Source of the DNA: Nymphaea colorata
Lineage: Eukaryota
Direction: 5' to 3'
Length of the DNA: 64,000 nucleotides
Assembly: GCF_008831285.2 (NCBI RefSeq)
Contig: NC_045138.2
Location: 37,944,001-38,008,000, forward strand
A model generated the notes under the pieces. It searched no databases and was not told the DNA's origin. It was given only the letters and a program-made list of their open reading frames with translations. This document shows positions 51,201-62,140 of the stretch, one piece after another. Position 1 is the first letter of the stretch; every line of letters starts with the position of its first letter. Position numbers and translations under genes: made by a program.

Positions 51201-54200
51201 TCAACAACTTTGCTTAGTATTTCTTAATTGCAGTTGTTGCACCATTTTTTTTTTGTTTTATTTCATGGTAGTCGCCATGTTTGACACTTTAAATTTCTGC
51301 AAATAATTTTCTCTTACTTTTATCTGGTGTTTTTGTGTATGTCATGCATATTGCAAGGTTTGGAGATCTGGTACTGGATACATGTCATTCATGTCCAACA
51401 AAATGATGCACCATGGGGCTGTGCTCTTCTTTAGTTATTGTTAGTACCATTTTTTTAGTGCCTCTTTATACAATGTCAATTATTTTTCTCTATTTATGTA
51501 GATGAAGCAAAAAAGAAAGAAAGCAGTTCCATGCAGCATGGCTCGGACAGTGTGAGAGTTGAACTCCAAACTAATGGCGATGCATCTCTCCAGAGCGTTA
51601 TTGGTTCAAGTAGTACTGTTTCCACACCCCTGACATTGGGATCTGCAGATGTCTTTGGCCTCGAAGATCATTCTACAAGTGCCAGGGGACATGGTCCTGA
51701 GGGAGATGAATTGCCCAGCAGTTCTGTAGCTCCACTCACAAAATCACACTTCTCGGATTCTGTTAGAGTTTTCATCGAAGCTGTTAAGAAGAACAGATTG
51801 TGTCAACAATTTATTAGAAGTAAGTTGACACAGATTGAGACAATGCTTAGTGAGAACAAAGAGCTGATAAACCGAGCAAAATGCTTAGTTGATCTCCAGA
51901 TTGCATGCAAAAGGCAAGCAACACGGTTCTTGCGTCAAGAAAGTGGTGCACGTGTCAGGTTAATCTCGCTTCCAGATGCTAGAAAGCAATCTAGGAATCT
52001 CCAGGTCACAATCTGCAACTATTTGTAGTTTTTGGTTTTGTATCCTGTTGCTCACTTGTCATTTCTCTAAACTATCAATTTTCTTCTTCATCTCATTTTT
52101 GTATTTTCTGTATTTTGGCACATGCTTGCGGCAGCCTTTATATGTATGGAACCATTTTGGTTTTGACCGTAAGAGTCCCATTTGAGAACATGAATACAAG
52201 ATAGACCTTGACAGCTAAAGCATAATACATGAATGTCCTTGGAAGCCAGTTCCCACAAATTTTCTCCATAATCCATATAAAGTAAGCAAATTTCTTGGCA
52301 AATAGAGAGCCCCAGTAATATGCTCTAAGGAGGATGTGTGCAATATAGAAGTACAAAAATTATTTAGTTCAGTACCTCCGTATGACAATATTTTGATGTC
52401 TAATTGTCAGGTGCATCTTTTCTAGAAAGCCAAGGAGCTATAGAAGTGAGTCAGCATTTGGGCTGTAGTACAAACAGAGAAGAGTAACCAATGCTTCATG
52501 ACTGACCTCCTATCACCAAGTACGGGGGATATTCCAATGATATACGGGAAGGATTTTAACTTAACATACTTGGAGGAAGCTTTGAGTCGTCAAACTTCTA
52601 AATTAGTAGAGATTAGTGACTGTAGGCAATATACCATTCTTGAAGTTTTCATCACCATCGTCTACTTTTTCCACAGTTTTCTGCTTGTTTCCTTAAGTTT
52701 CTATTTTTGATGTCTACCCTCAGATGGTGTTTAAATTGGTTTTGTCAAGACTGGTAGAAAGGTTTTTTTTTTTTCCTTTTCTTGATTTTTTTTTTACAAG
52801 GGTAACCCTCGCAAACTTTCCAACAAATCTCTAATAAAGTGCTTGAGTTGCCTTTTTATTGTCTTATTGTCAGTCCTACTACATAGAAGGGATTCTCATG
52901 GTTTCAGGTAAACCTTGAGAGCTCGAGTTTCCTTCCTTTTTTTTTTTTTTGCTCTATAGTCATTCCTTCAAAGAAATGAATTCATGGCTCTGGTTAATGT
53001 CTTGTGTTATTTCTTTAATACTAGGTTTTGATAATGTTAACTAGATTGTATTAAGCTAATATTTGTAAGTATTTTGTCTTTTGAATCACTAATGGGCTAT
53101 GCTGCTCTAAGTGTCCATCTTTTTGACATTCTCTGCCTTGTAGACATTTCTTTGGCAAAGTTCTGTGCATTTCTCATGTTTGATGTTACTAAAGCATTCC
53201 ACATTAAGTCGCCATTCTGTGTGGGACCTGTGGGTTGTATCCTTGTGCAACACTTGACTAGATTTTCAACAAAGCAGATGGTTAAGATGCATTTATATTT
53301 TGGTAACTTTACTGGGAGAGAATTGCCGCTTTTTCTATGTTGCATGTGAGCGCTAGCATGCATACAGTGTGTATTGCATCCTTGTGCACTTGGCTGTCTA
53401 TAGGGCAGTTAGCATGTCAGATGGTTAAGATGGGTTTATGTTCTTGTAACGTGACAGACACAGGAGCTTTGCTGCTTGATGTCATTTGCAAGCACTAGGC
53501 ATGCATGGGGACAGCAAAGTTTCCTATATTTTGGTCTTACTGGATAGTATTGAAAAAGCTAACCGTTTCTTGTTGATGTTTTTCATTAGTATTGCTTGTA
53601 CACGACCCATCACATGGCTGAATGATTGCAGGAGGAGAAAATTTCTCCCTTGTTTTTCGGTCCCAGGGAGAATTCACATGTTCCATTCTTCAGGAAGATG
53701 CTTTCCAAATTCCCGTCAGCTTTAAAGAGGAGACCTTGGTCTAGTATGGAGAGGGAGAACCTTGCTAAGGGTGTTAAACAGCAAATCCAAGAGTTTTTAC
53801 TTTGCAACTCAATGGAGCTCCTTTGGTAGGCTTTTCTTTGCAGGGTCTCCCATGGTTGTTTTTTGTTGAGTGAACCTTAACTGATATTTCATTTCATTGC
53901 AGTGGTTCAGAAGAAGATTTTAATCAACCAAACCTTTTAGATACTGCTGTTGCAGATATCAGCAATCTAAATATCTCGCCAGAACACATTAAATCATTTT
54001 TACCCCAGGTTGATTGGAACCGTTTGGCATCTATGTATCTAAAGGACCGGTCTGGTGCAGAATGTCGGGCAAGGTGATTGTTTGATCTGTGTAATGGCAA
54101 TAGAATCTATCAATATTTTTTCTAGGCTAGCATATTCTGAGCCTCTATGGTGTGAGCACCTTCTTTCTGAATAAATAAATTTAAAATAGCTCGTTTGCTG

Positions 54201-57200
54201 TGCCTTGTATGCATTTATCCACAGTTGAATGGAATCTATTTGCATATATTGGCTTTGGGTTTCTCTCTGTAAGTGCATTTTTTGTCAAGGGCCAACAACT
54301 TCTTTGCTTTGCAATTGTGTGTTTATGTGTTTCTTGTGGGCGTTTAGTTGAAGTTTTCATGAATTGATGATGGTATTTTTTTTGGGTTTTTCTGATAAAA
54401 ATAGATATGAATTATCTACCTGGATGTTTTGAATGACAGTTTTGTGTACATCAGTACATGTGCATCAGAAGAAGTCACAACCACATTCAATTATTCTTTC
54501 CTCCTTTTTATTCCTTCAACTTCTTTATATGTTATCTGGTTGACTAGACATGATCCCTTTCTACAGATGGCTAAACACTGAAGATCCTTTGATCAACCAT
54601 AGCCCATGGAGTAAGAGTGATGATAAACAATTACTGTTCATTGTGCAACAAGGTGGACCATATAATTGGATTCATGTAGCAGAGTTGCTGGGGATCAATA
54701 GAACTGCTTCTCAATGTTTGTCAAGGTACCAACGTAGTCTTAATGTAAATATCTTGAGGGGTGATTGGACTGAAGAAGAAGATGTTCAGCTCCGTGCAGC
54801 TGTGGAAGCCTGTGGTGAAAACGACTGGCAACTAGTTGCATCTCATTTGGAAGGGAGGACAGGCGTTCAGTGTTCAAATAGGTCAGTGTTTCCTGATGTA
54901 TTTGTGCTTGACAAATAGTCTGTTCCAATTTGTTATAAGCATCATAATGGGTCCTAATGTACATAAGGCGTTAAACAAAAAATTATGCTGCTCTTGTCGG
55001 GAAGCAATTGAAAAGTACAACCCATAACCCTGGGGTCATGTTTGCCTGAAGCAACTGAAAAGTACAACCCATAACTCTGGGGTCATGTTTGCCTGAAGCA
55101 ACTGAAAAGTACTACCCATAACTCTGGGGTCATGTTTGCCTTAGTCACAGAAGTCATAGACAAACCTGTTATTGTCAAGTTAAGACATAAAAAAATTTAG
55201 TTCTGTGTGGGGTATTGAGGGATGAAAAGCTACATCTTTTTTCGTATGGTTGTGATTTATTTATGATTGAATTTGCATAACCTGTAAAACTTCATGAAAT
55301 TGCAAGGGGCAATTTTAATGTGCCATAAGTTTATTTGATTGCCTCTGATTCCAAAGCTGAAAACATATTTGGTGGATCTACACAAAAACCATATCTTTTT
55401 TGGGCATGCTTGTCTATGCAAAGACGGAAAACAACATCCATGATACTTTTTCAATCAGAAAAGATGTAGGTCAGAATCATTCAAATACTTGTTGGAAGAA
55501 GCTACAACTAGGTAAGGGAAATGTATAGAGTTTCTAGGAAAAAGAGATGGGTGAGATATCTTATGAAGTTATAGAATTAAGTTAACAAAAGAGTTATTGG
55601 AGATGAAGGTTATTCAGTTCTGAATTAGCTAAAAGTGATTAAGCTTGGGATTCTTAAAGGTTCTTGGTTGTCTCTTTCTTTCTATAGATGGTGGTGTAGC
55701 AATGGCTTTAGCCTCAAAATGTTAGAAACCAGGACAATAAATTAGTTAACCAGCCCCCTTTTATAAGCCCTTGGAGACTTTCTACAATCTTTAGTACGAG
55801 AATAAACTTTTGGGGTTTCATAGAAAATATGAATAAAAGAGTTATTTATATTACATCTTTAGTGGTTTATAAGATATAAGAAAGCAATTTAAAAACTTTT
55901 TGAGATGAAAGATGAATATAAGAGAAATTCTAAAGATTGAAAAAATATGAACAAAGGAGCTATTTTGTAACATCCTCAAAATATATGTAAGACAAAATTC
56001 TCTTAAGTCAGAGCATAGTTGTAACAAGATAATATTGCACTATATGTATTACTTTTCCATCTTTATCATCTCCAAAGTGATGCTGATGGGTCTCAGTCAT
56101 GACTCTCAGGCTAGGTACTAAAAGGAAGTGGCTTGATTCATTGATTGGGTATTGAGGCAGCTAAGCTGGCTTTCTTATTGGCAACAGCCAACAAGCTTAG
56201 AGGCCTGACTCTAGGAATAGGGTTTAAAAGAAGTGGTTCAATAAGAGAGTCTCAAAATGAATAAGCAGCCATCAGTTCCTGTCTTACCCTTTTTTCCCTA
56301 AAATACAAGGAGCTAAGTGCTTCATGCTTTGTATCTTTCCTTAGCTGGATGAACCTAGTCTATAAAACGGAATAAAGGGATTTGGAGTATCCATTTTTCT
56401 TCCAGCATGCTGGGAAATAGGTATTGGATGAACTGCTACACTAGCATGATTTGCAAGGGGTTATTGATGCCGTAATTGCGCAGGGTGTGGAAAGGCAAAT
56501 AATCTGAATTTCTGCGTCTCTAGATGATAATTGCATTTGAACGAGAGTAGCAATTGCAGAATGACTGCAGCTTTGACTGCCTGAATTTGGTCGAATTTCC
56601 TATTCTTCTTTTTAGGTGGATATTCTCATTTTATATCTTTGCATGATGTTCCAACTTTTTTTTTTTCCATCAAAAACCATAATTTGGTTTTTACTTACTA
56701 AAACTCAACAACATTTGATCTGTTACTTTTGATGATTTAGTTCGTAGAGCTGTCACAGATACCTCAAAAGTCTCTTGATATTTACTCAAAAAAAAAAAAA
56801 ACAACTAAAGGCAAAAATATGTGGAAAATTTGCTGAGATTTTGAAAATCTCTAAAAAAATGAATATCTCGTGACTTTTTCATATTTTTTGGCAAAATTAT
56901 TAGTTTTTTCATTTATTTTATGTTTCTAATCTTCGTGAATTTTAAATTTTTTAAATTTGTTGATATTTTCCCCAAAATTTTCCTGAAAAAAACTTCGTCA
57001 AAAAGTACCTGAGGAAAACCTCGCCGATATTTTCTTGAGAAGTTGAGAACGATGTCTCAATAGTTCGTAGTATGACCATTTGATGTACTTTCTTTTTTTT
57101 TACCAATGCAGATGGCGCAAATGCCTTCACCCTAGTAAGGAAAGATTTGGCAGATGGACGGTGGAGGAGGACAAACGATTGAAAATAGCAGTAACACTTT

Positions 57201-60200
57201 TTGGTCCCGGAGCCTGGAAGAAAATTTGTGGGTTCATTCCAGGTCGTACTCAAGTACAATGTAGAGAAAGGTAACAGCCCAGAAGGAACTGAGATTATTT
57301 ACCTTCTGAAACCCCATATTAATAATAGTACATGAACTAGGTTTCTTTTTTTTTCCAGGTGGATTCATTCTCTGGATCCATCCCTAAGACTGGATGTGTG
57401 GACTGAAGAAGAGGATATGAAATTGAAGGCTGCAATTGCAGAATGTGGTAAGAAGTGGGCAAAAGTGGCTGCTCGCATACCTGGACGAACAAATGGTCAG
57501 TGTAGGAGGTAAGGCACTAATGTTTTCCTCCCGTGGTTTAGAAGCAGGTGCCCTGAAGTTATTTCTTTGGCATCATATATTCTTTTTCTGCATTCTTTAT
57601 TATTGTTTCTAATACTTCTAATCACTTTGTCCAATCTGCAGAAGATGGAAGGTACTATTCCCAGATGAAGTGTCTCTGGCTCAGAAGGCTCTAAAAATAA
57701 AGAAATCTGCTCTTATCTCAAATTTCGTGTCACGGAGCAAAGACCGGCCTGCACTTGGTCCTGATGACTTCCTTCCTGTGCAAGGGGATGCTGAAACTGT
57801 TGATGCTAAAAATGCAAATGTTGGGAAATCAAAGAAAAGGTAGGATGGCATAGTTCTTAGTTTTCTACATTAAAAAGCTTGTTAGCAGAAGCATTTCCTG
57901 TGCTTGGTTTGATTATGACGATAATATCTATGTGTAGCAGGGGTTCCAGGTCGAAGGAGAAGATGAAAGAGGTTGTCAGAAGGTGCGTCTTTAGGAACCA
58001 TCTGGATCTCTGGTGCCTGACTTACTTGTTTAAAGGCAGCACACACACACTCTTTTATATATATATATATATATATTATCATATATATGTACAAGTCTAT
58101 TGCTTTAAGCTAGTCCTAGCTAAGCATGTTCTGTAGATGATAACTCGTTTCTTGGGAAATGCAGTGACGATCCTCAGCCAGTTAGATGTAGAAAATCAAG
58201 AAAGAAGAGCGTAAAAGCTACTACTGAAACACCAGATGATGATCAAACATTGTCAATCTCAAAATCTCATAAAAAAGTTGAGAAAAAGGTTAATTTAACC
58301 GGCAGAGAACTTGTTTTGTATCAAGGGCCAAACAAAAGATTCCTAGAGGCAGCAGATGACAATGAAACATCAGTAACTTATAAACTGCATAAAAGGGTCA
58401 AGAAAAGAAGGGAAAAACCAACTGGCACACAAATCATTTTGCAAGGGCATACTGGTACTTTTACCTGTGACAATGGTGGCAATCCAAAAGAGGATGGTAG
58501 AACACAACTTAATGAAGGCGATGCAGCTCCACATAGTATGGACGATAGAGTGGGTGTGCATGATGGGCACTGTGAAGCCTCTGAGAACCAATTTTTGCAA
58601 AAGGCACAAAGTCTTGAGACTGGAGAAGCAGCATCTTGCGGTTCCAGAAATAGACCCCCATTAATGCGGAAAAATAATAGCAAGCAAGGAAACTTTGGTC
58701 TTGCTGACCTTTTGCTGGAACAAGTCATTGCTCCTAAGGTTATTTGTGAACTTCCATCAGCTATTGATGTTGGTGGCTCGGATTTTGTCAAGAATGCTCA
58801 AGTTATTTATTCTTGTGATTGGGAAAATGATGAGGATGCTCTTTTAGTTACCAGTAGTGGCTGTGATGTGGGAATCTCTGTTGCGGGGATTGAGAGAACG
58901 CATAATGCAGATGGAATAATTGCTATGCAAATGCATAATGCAGATGGAATAATTGATATGCAAGCAGAAAGAATCAATCCTGATGCATCAGATTGTATGA
59001 ACTGTTTACCTCCATCTCATGGCACAAATGCTTTTTGTGAAGAGGTTTTTGATGACGGAATTCCTGATCATGTTACATTTCCAGAGTCAAGCTTAATAGG
59101 CACTGTATTTAGTCGCTCCTCTTCTGACCTGAACGCGATTGGGTTTAATGCACCAGCTTCCTTGGAGGATGGATGTATTCAGCTGGAGGACAATACGTGT
59201 TTTGAAAAAGGTGAAAATGTTGGTCTGTCTGACTCCCATAATCTGGAAGGCGAACAATTAGAGGCTGTAATCTGTGAAGGCATCAAGTCCAATGGGGTTC
59301 AGAAGCAACTAAATGGTGAGCCAGTAGCGCTTGTTAAACATTCAGGTTTCTTGGAGCATGGGAAAAAAAATGCTCGCAGTCTGCCGAGAGCTAGGAGAGC
59401 ATCCAGAAGGAATGTCAGTGGGAAGTCCGACTTATGTATTCAGCTGGAAGACAATACGTGTGCTGGAAAAAATGTTGGTCTACCTGACTCGCATAATCTG
59501 GAAGGCGAAGGATTAGAGGCTGTACTCTGTGAAGGCATAGGGTCCAATGGGCTTCAGAAGCAACTAATTGGGGAGCCAGCAGTTGTCAAAGATTCAGGCT
59601 TTTTGGAGCATGGGAAAGAAAATGGTGGCAGTCTGCTGAGAGCTAAGAGAGCATCCAGAAGGAATGTCAATTACAGAGATATGGTCAACGGGAATTTCGA
59701 CTTATGTATTCAGATGGAAGACAATACGTGTGCTGAAAAAGGTGAAAATGTTGGTCTACTTGACTCACACAATCTGGAAGGCGCACAATTAGAGGCTGTA
59801 CTCTGTGAAGGCGTCAAGTCCAGTGGGGTTCAGAAGCAACTAATTGGTGAGCCAGCGTTTGTTAAAGATTCAGGTTTCTTGGAGCATGGAAAAGAAAATG
59901 GTGGCAGTCTGCCGAGAGCTAGGAGAGCATCCAGAAGAAATGTCAAGTACAAAGATATGGTCAGTGCTAAGTTTGACTTATGTATTCAGCCGGAAGACAA
60001 TAGGTGTGCTGAAAAAGGTGAAAATGTTGGTCTACTTGACTCGCATAATCTGGAAGGCGAGTCCAATGGGGTTCAGAAGCAACTGAATGGTGGGCCAGCG
60101 TTTGTTAAAGATTCAGGTTTCTTGGAGCATGGGAAAGAAAGTGGTGGCAGTCTACCGAGAGCTAGGAGAGCATCCAGAAAGAATGTCAATTACAGCGACA

Positions 60201-60238
60201 TGGTCAGTGGGAATTTCGACCTTTTTAGTGGTCGTTAG
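48229..60238 (+). CDS. 4R-MYB protein (MYB4R1 / snRNA-activating protein complex subunit 4-like), 10 exons, about 1379 aa
   Basis: Exons, all GT-AG: 48229-48562, 51502-52004, 53632-53825, 53903-54073, 54567-54881, 57112-57270, 57359-57508, 57642-57839, 57941-57982, 58165-60238. Total 4140 nt, in frame. Acidic N-terminus with 'FRQDLEALKRAC' and 'DDFETLRAIECRF'. A partial MYB repeat (VDWNRLASMYLKDRSGAECRARW) is followed by four full repeats (WSKSDDKQL, WTEEEDVQL, WTVEEDKRL, WTEEEDMKL) and the conserved ALISNFVSRSKDRPALGPDDF. The 42-nt exon 9 is the least certain part. Confidence 0.9.
50908..51212. mobile_element. gactagtc-rich TIR element in 4R-MYB intron 1; related copy about 12125-12391
   Basis: The ends ggttgtcaa...caacaactttg are imperfect inverted repeats, with gactag/gaccaa subterminal motifs around a TA-rich core. 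Confidence 0.55.
55001..55141. repeat. Intronic minisatellite, 3 x 47 bp
   Basis: gaagcaa(t/c)tgaaaagtac(a/t)acccataac(c/t)ctggggtcatgtttgcct at 55001, 55048 and 55095, head to tail with no spacers. Confidence 0.95.
58900..58963 (+). repeat. 33-bp in-frame tandem duplication (HNADGIIAMQM / HNADGIIDMQ)
   Basis: gcataatgcagatggaataattg(c/a)tatgcaa occurs at 58900 and 58933. Confidence 0.85.
59174..60223 (+). repeat. Coding tandem repeat, 4 units of 261/270/276/~243 bp (87/90/92/~81 aa) in the last exon of the 4R-MYB gene
   Basis: Units start TGTATTCAG(C/A) at 59174, 59435, 59705 and 59981. Each translates to CIQxEDNxC...NVGLxDSHNLEG...QKQLxGxPA..VKxSGFLEHGK...SLxRAxRASRxNV. All length differences are multiples of 3. 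Confidence 0.95.
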
Positions 60239-61941
60239 AGGATGTGTGGTGTAGGGATTTGGTGTACGGATGGAAAGCATGCCCGGAGTTGGGGCCCCTT
60301 CCTTTATTTTCAGACAAGGGATTTGGTTTACAGTTGCTCTCTGGGTTGGCTGTCAGAAGAGAAGTCTCACTGAAAGCGTCATCAACGGCATACCAAGTGC
60401 TTAAACAGAAGTAGCTTTTTTTGTTGCTGCGCCTGTCAGACTGTCGGCAAATTAAGCAGCGTCCATTGTGGATGTGTTTAGATTCAGGCAATCGTGGAAG
60501 TGGACGACGGCGACGTGTTACTTCTGAGTCTAGAAACGGCAATCTAAACATTTATTTGTATACGACGAGAGAATATAGGCAATATGGTCGGGGAACACTG
60601 CTCTATTGTTGGCGACAGCGTCCGTGTGCGTGGGCACCTGAAAGTAGTTTCCGACTCGTTCCTTCAAGGTTCGGATTTTATGAAACGTGCCCATATCTAC
60701 ATGCTTGGTTCACCGTTCGTCTCTCTCTTTCACCACCCCATGGCTCTCGTTCTCGTATGTTTATTACGGACTGCAGTTTTGCTCCTGTGCAGGTAGAGGG
60801 CCTCGTTTTGTTGACGATTTTTCTCTTGTGTAATCCTGTTTCCAAATTTCTTTTGTATTCTAATGTACAGAGAGAGGCGTTGCATATGTTGCGCCGGCTT
60901 TTGTAAATCAGGTATCGGTTGGCGTTCTGAAGAAGATTGAATGGTTCTTCTCCAGATTTTTTTTTACTTGGTTTTAACATTGGGTGTCCGAAATTAATTT
61001 GGCATGATTATAATCTTGATTTCAATACTTTTACGGTCTCCGAATGGCTGCTTGAATATACTTGAGGAAAATTTACAAAAGCCTGCTCGATCTTTGGCAT
61101 GTTTGCAATACCTCTAAAATTCAGCGATGTTTGCAATGCTTGAATATACTTTATGGGTCATTCGTTCGAACATTATCCGGTTCAGGTAACCCAGGTTTGG
61201 CTCGAGTTAGTGTGCAAAATGGCGACCCTTATATACCCATTTATAAAATCATGGTATGTTTTTGAGCTTTTCTCTCTCACATAGAGGTTTAAATGGATCG
61301 GATGTCTGATGATTGATCTGATTTTAAACATCCCTACCTAGTACCTAATAAAGAAATTTGTATGACTGCTAACGGGATTTAGATTTTCTATGAACTTTCA
61401 TAATGGAAAAGATTTGAATAGAGTTATGTAGTGCGCTTACATTGCTTGTCAAGTTATAACAGTTTAAAAATGAACAGCCTAACTTTCAAAATTATTTAGC
61501 AAAAAAAACAAAAAAACTCATTAAGAAGATATGATTCAACCATTTAAGTATCTATTATCAAACAGATGTTTACGATGTTTGTATTTGCTGAAAAATTGAG
61601 GCTGAAAATGCACCAACTTTTTTAGTTAAAAAGCACCAACCAAGTAGTCGATCATCCGAGTACACCAAACACATGGGGAGTTCGAATCTGTCAGATGGTG
61701 GGTGTTGCCAGATCAACTTAACATTAAAAATCTCTTGCTAAATAATAGTTGTTGCCGGAGCATTGTTCATGGAGCAACAATGGTTCAAGGTGCTAGCAAC
61801 AATTTATGGTGCTTTTGGAACGCTTCCAGCAAATTGTTTGGAATCATGTTTGCATGGTTTCAATATTATCGGATGTCTCGGGACACCCCTCAAGTAAACA
61901 GTGCGCGATATGTGTTAAGCTGCTTATGGACACGTTGGTCC

Positions 61942-62140
61942 TAGGGGTGGGCATTAGGGCGGGCTGGCCCGGGACCCATTTTGGCTGCTCGGCTTGGGCC
62001 CAGTTTATTTAAAAAAAATTAAAAAATTATATATGATATGTATATATATATATATAATACAATTTTTTTAAAAAAATTTATCAGCCCAGGCCAGACCACG
62101 GCCATTTTCATTGGTCTGGGCTTGGCCCGACCCTGGCCGG
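61942..62140. mobile_element. ggccc-rich hAT-like MITE remnant
   Basis: It starts taggggtgggca and has GC-rich ggccc/gggcc arms around an AT/(TA)n core. Confidence 0.55.

Noticed and set aside
55001..55141. CRISPR-like array
   Set aside because: The repeats are contiguous with no unique spacers, lie in a plant intron and have no cas genes nearby. This is a minisatellite.
55490..56030. Solo LTR (TG...CA ends, internal TATA-like motif)
   Set aside because: No TSD, PBS/PPT or second copy in the window to support it.
58250..60238. 662-aa ORF as an independent gene
   Set aside because: It starts at TTG, and its frame continues upstream to the splice acceptor at 58164, in phase with the MYB exons. 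It is the terminal exon.
61640..61705. tRNA or tRNA-derived SINE (ggagttcgaatct resembles a B-box/T-arm)
   Set aside because: I could not build a cloverleaf or find a convincing A-box, tail or TSD. A tRNAscan or SINE search would be needed.
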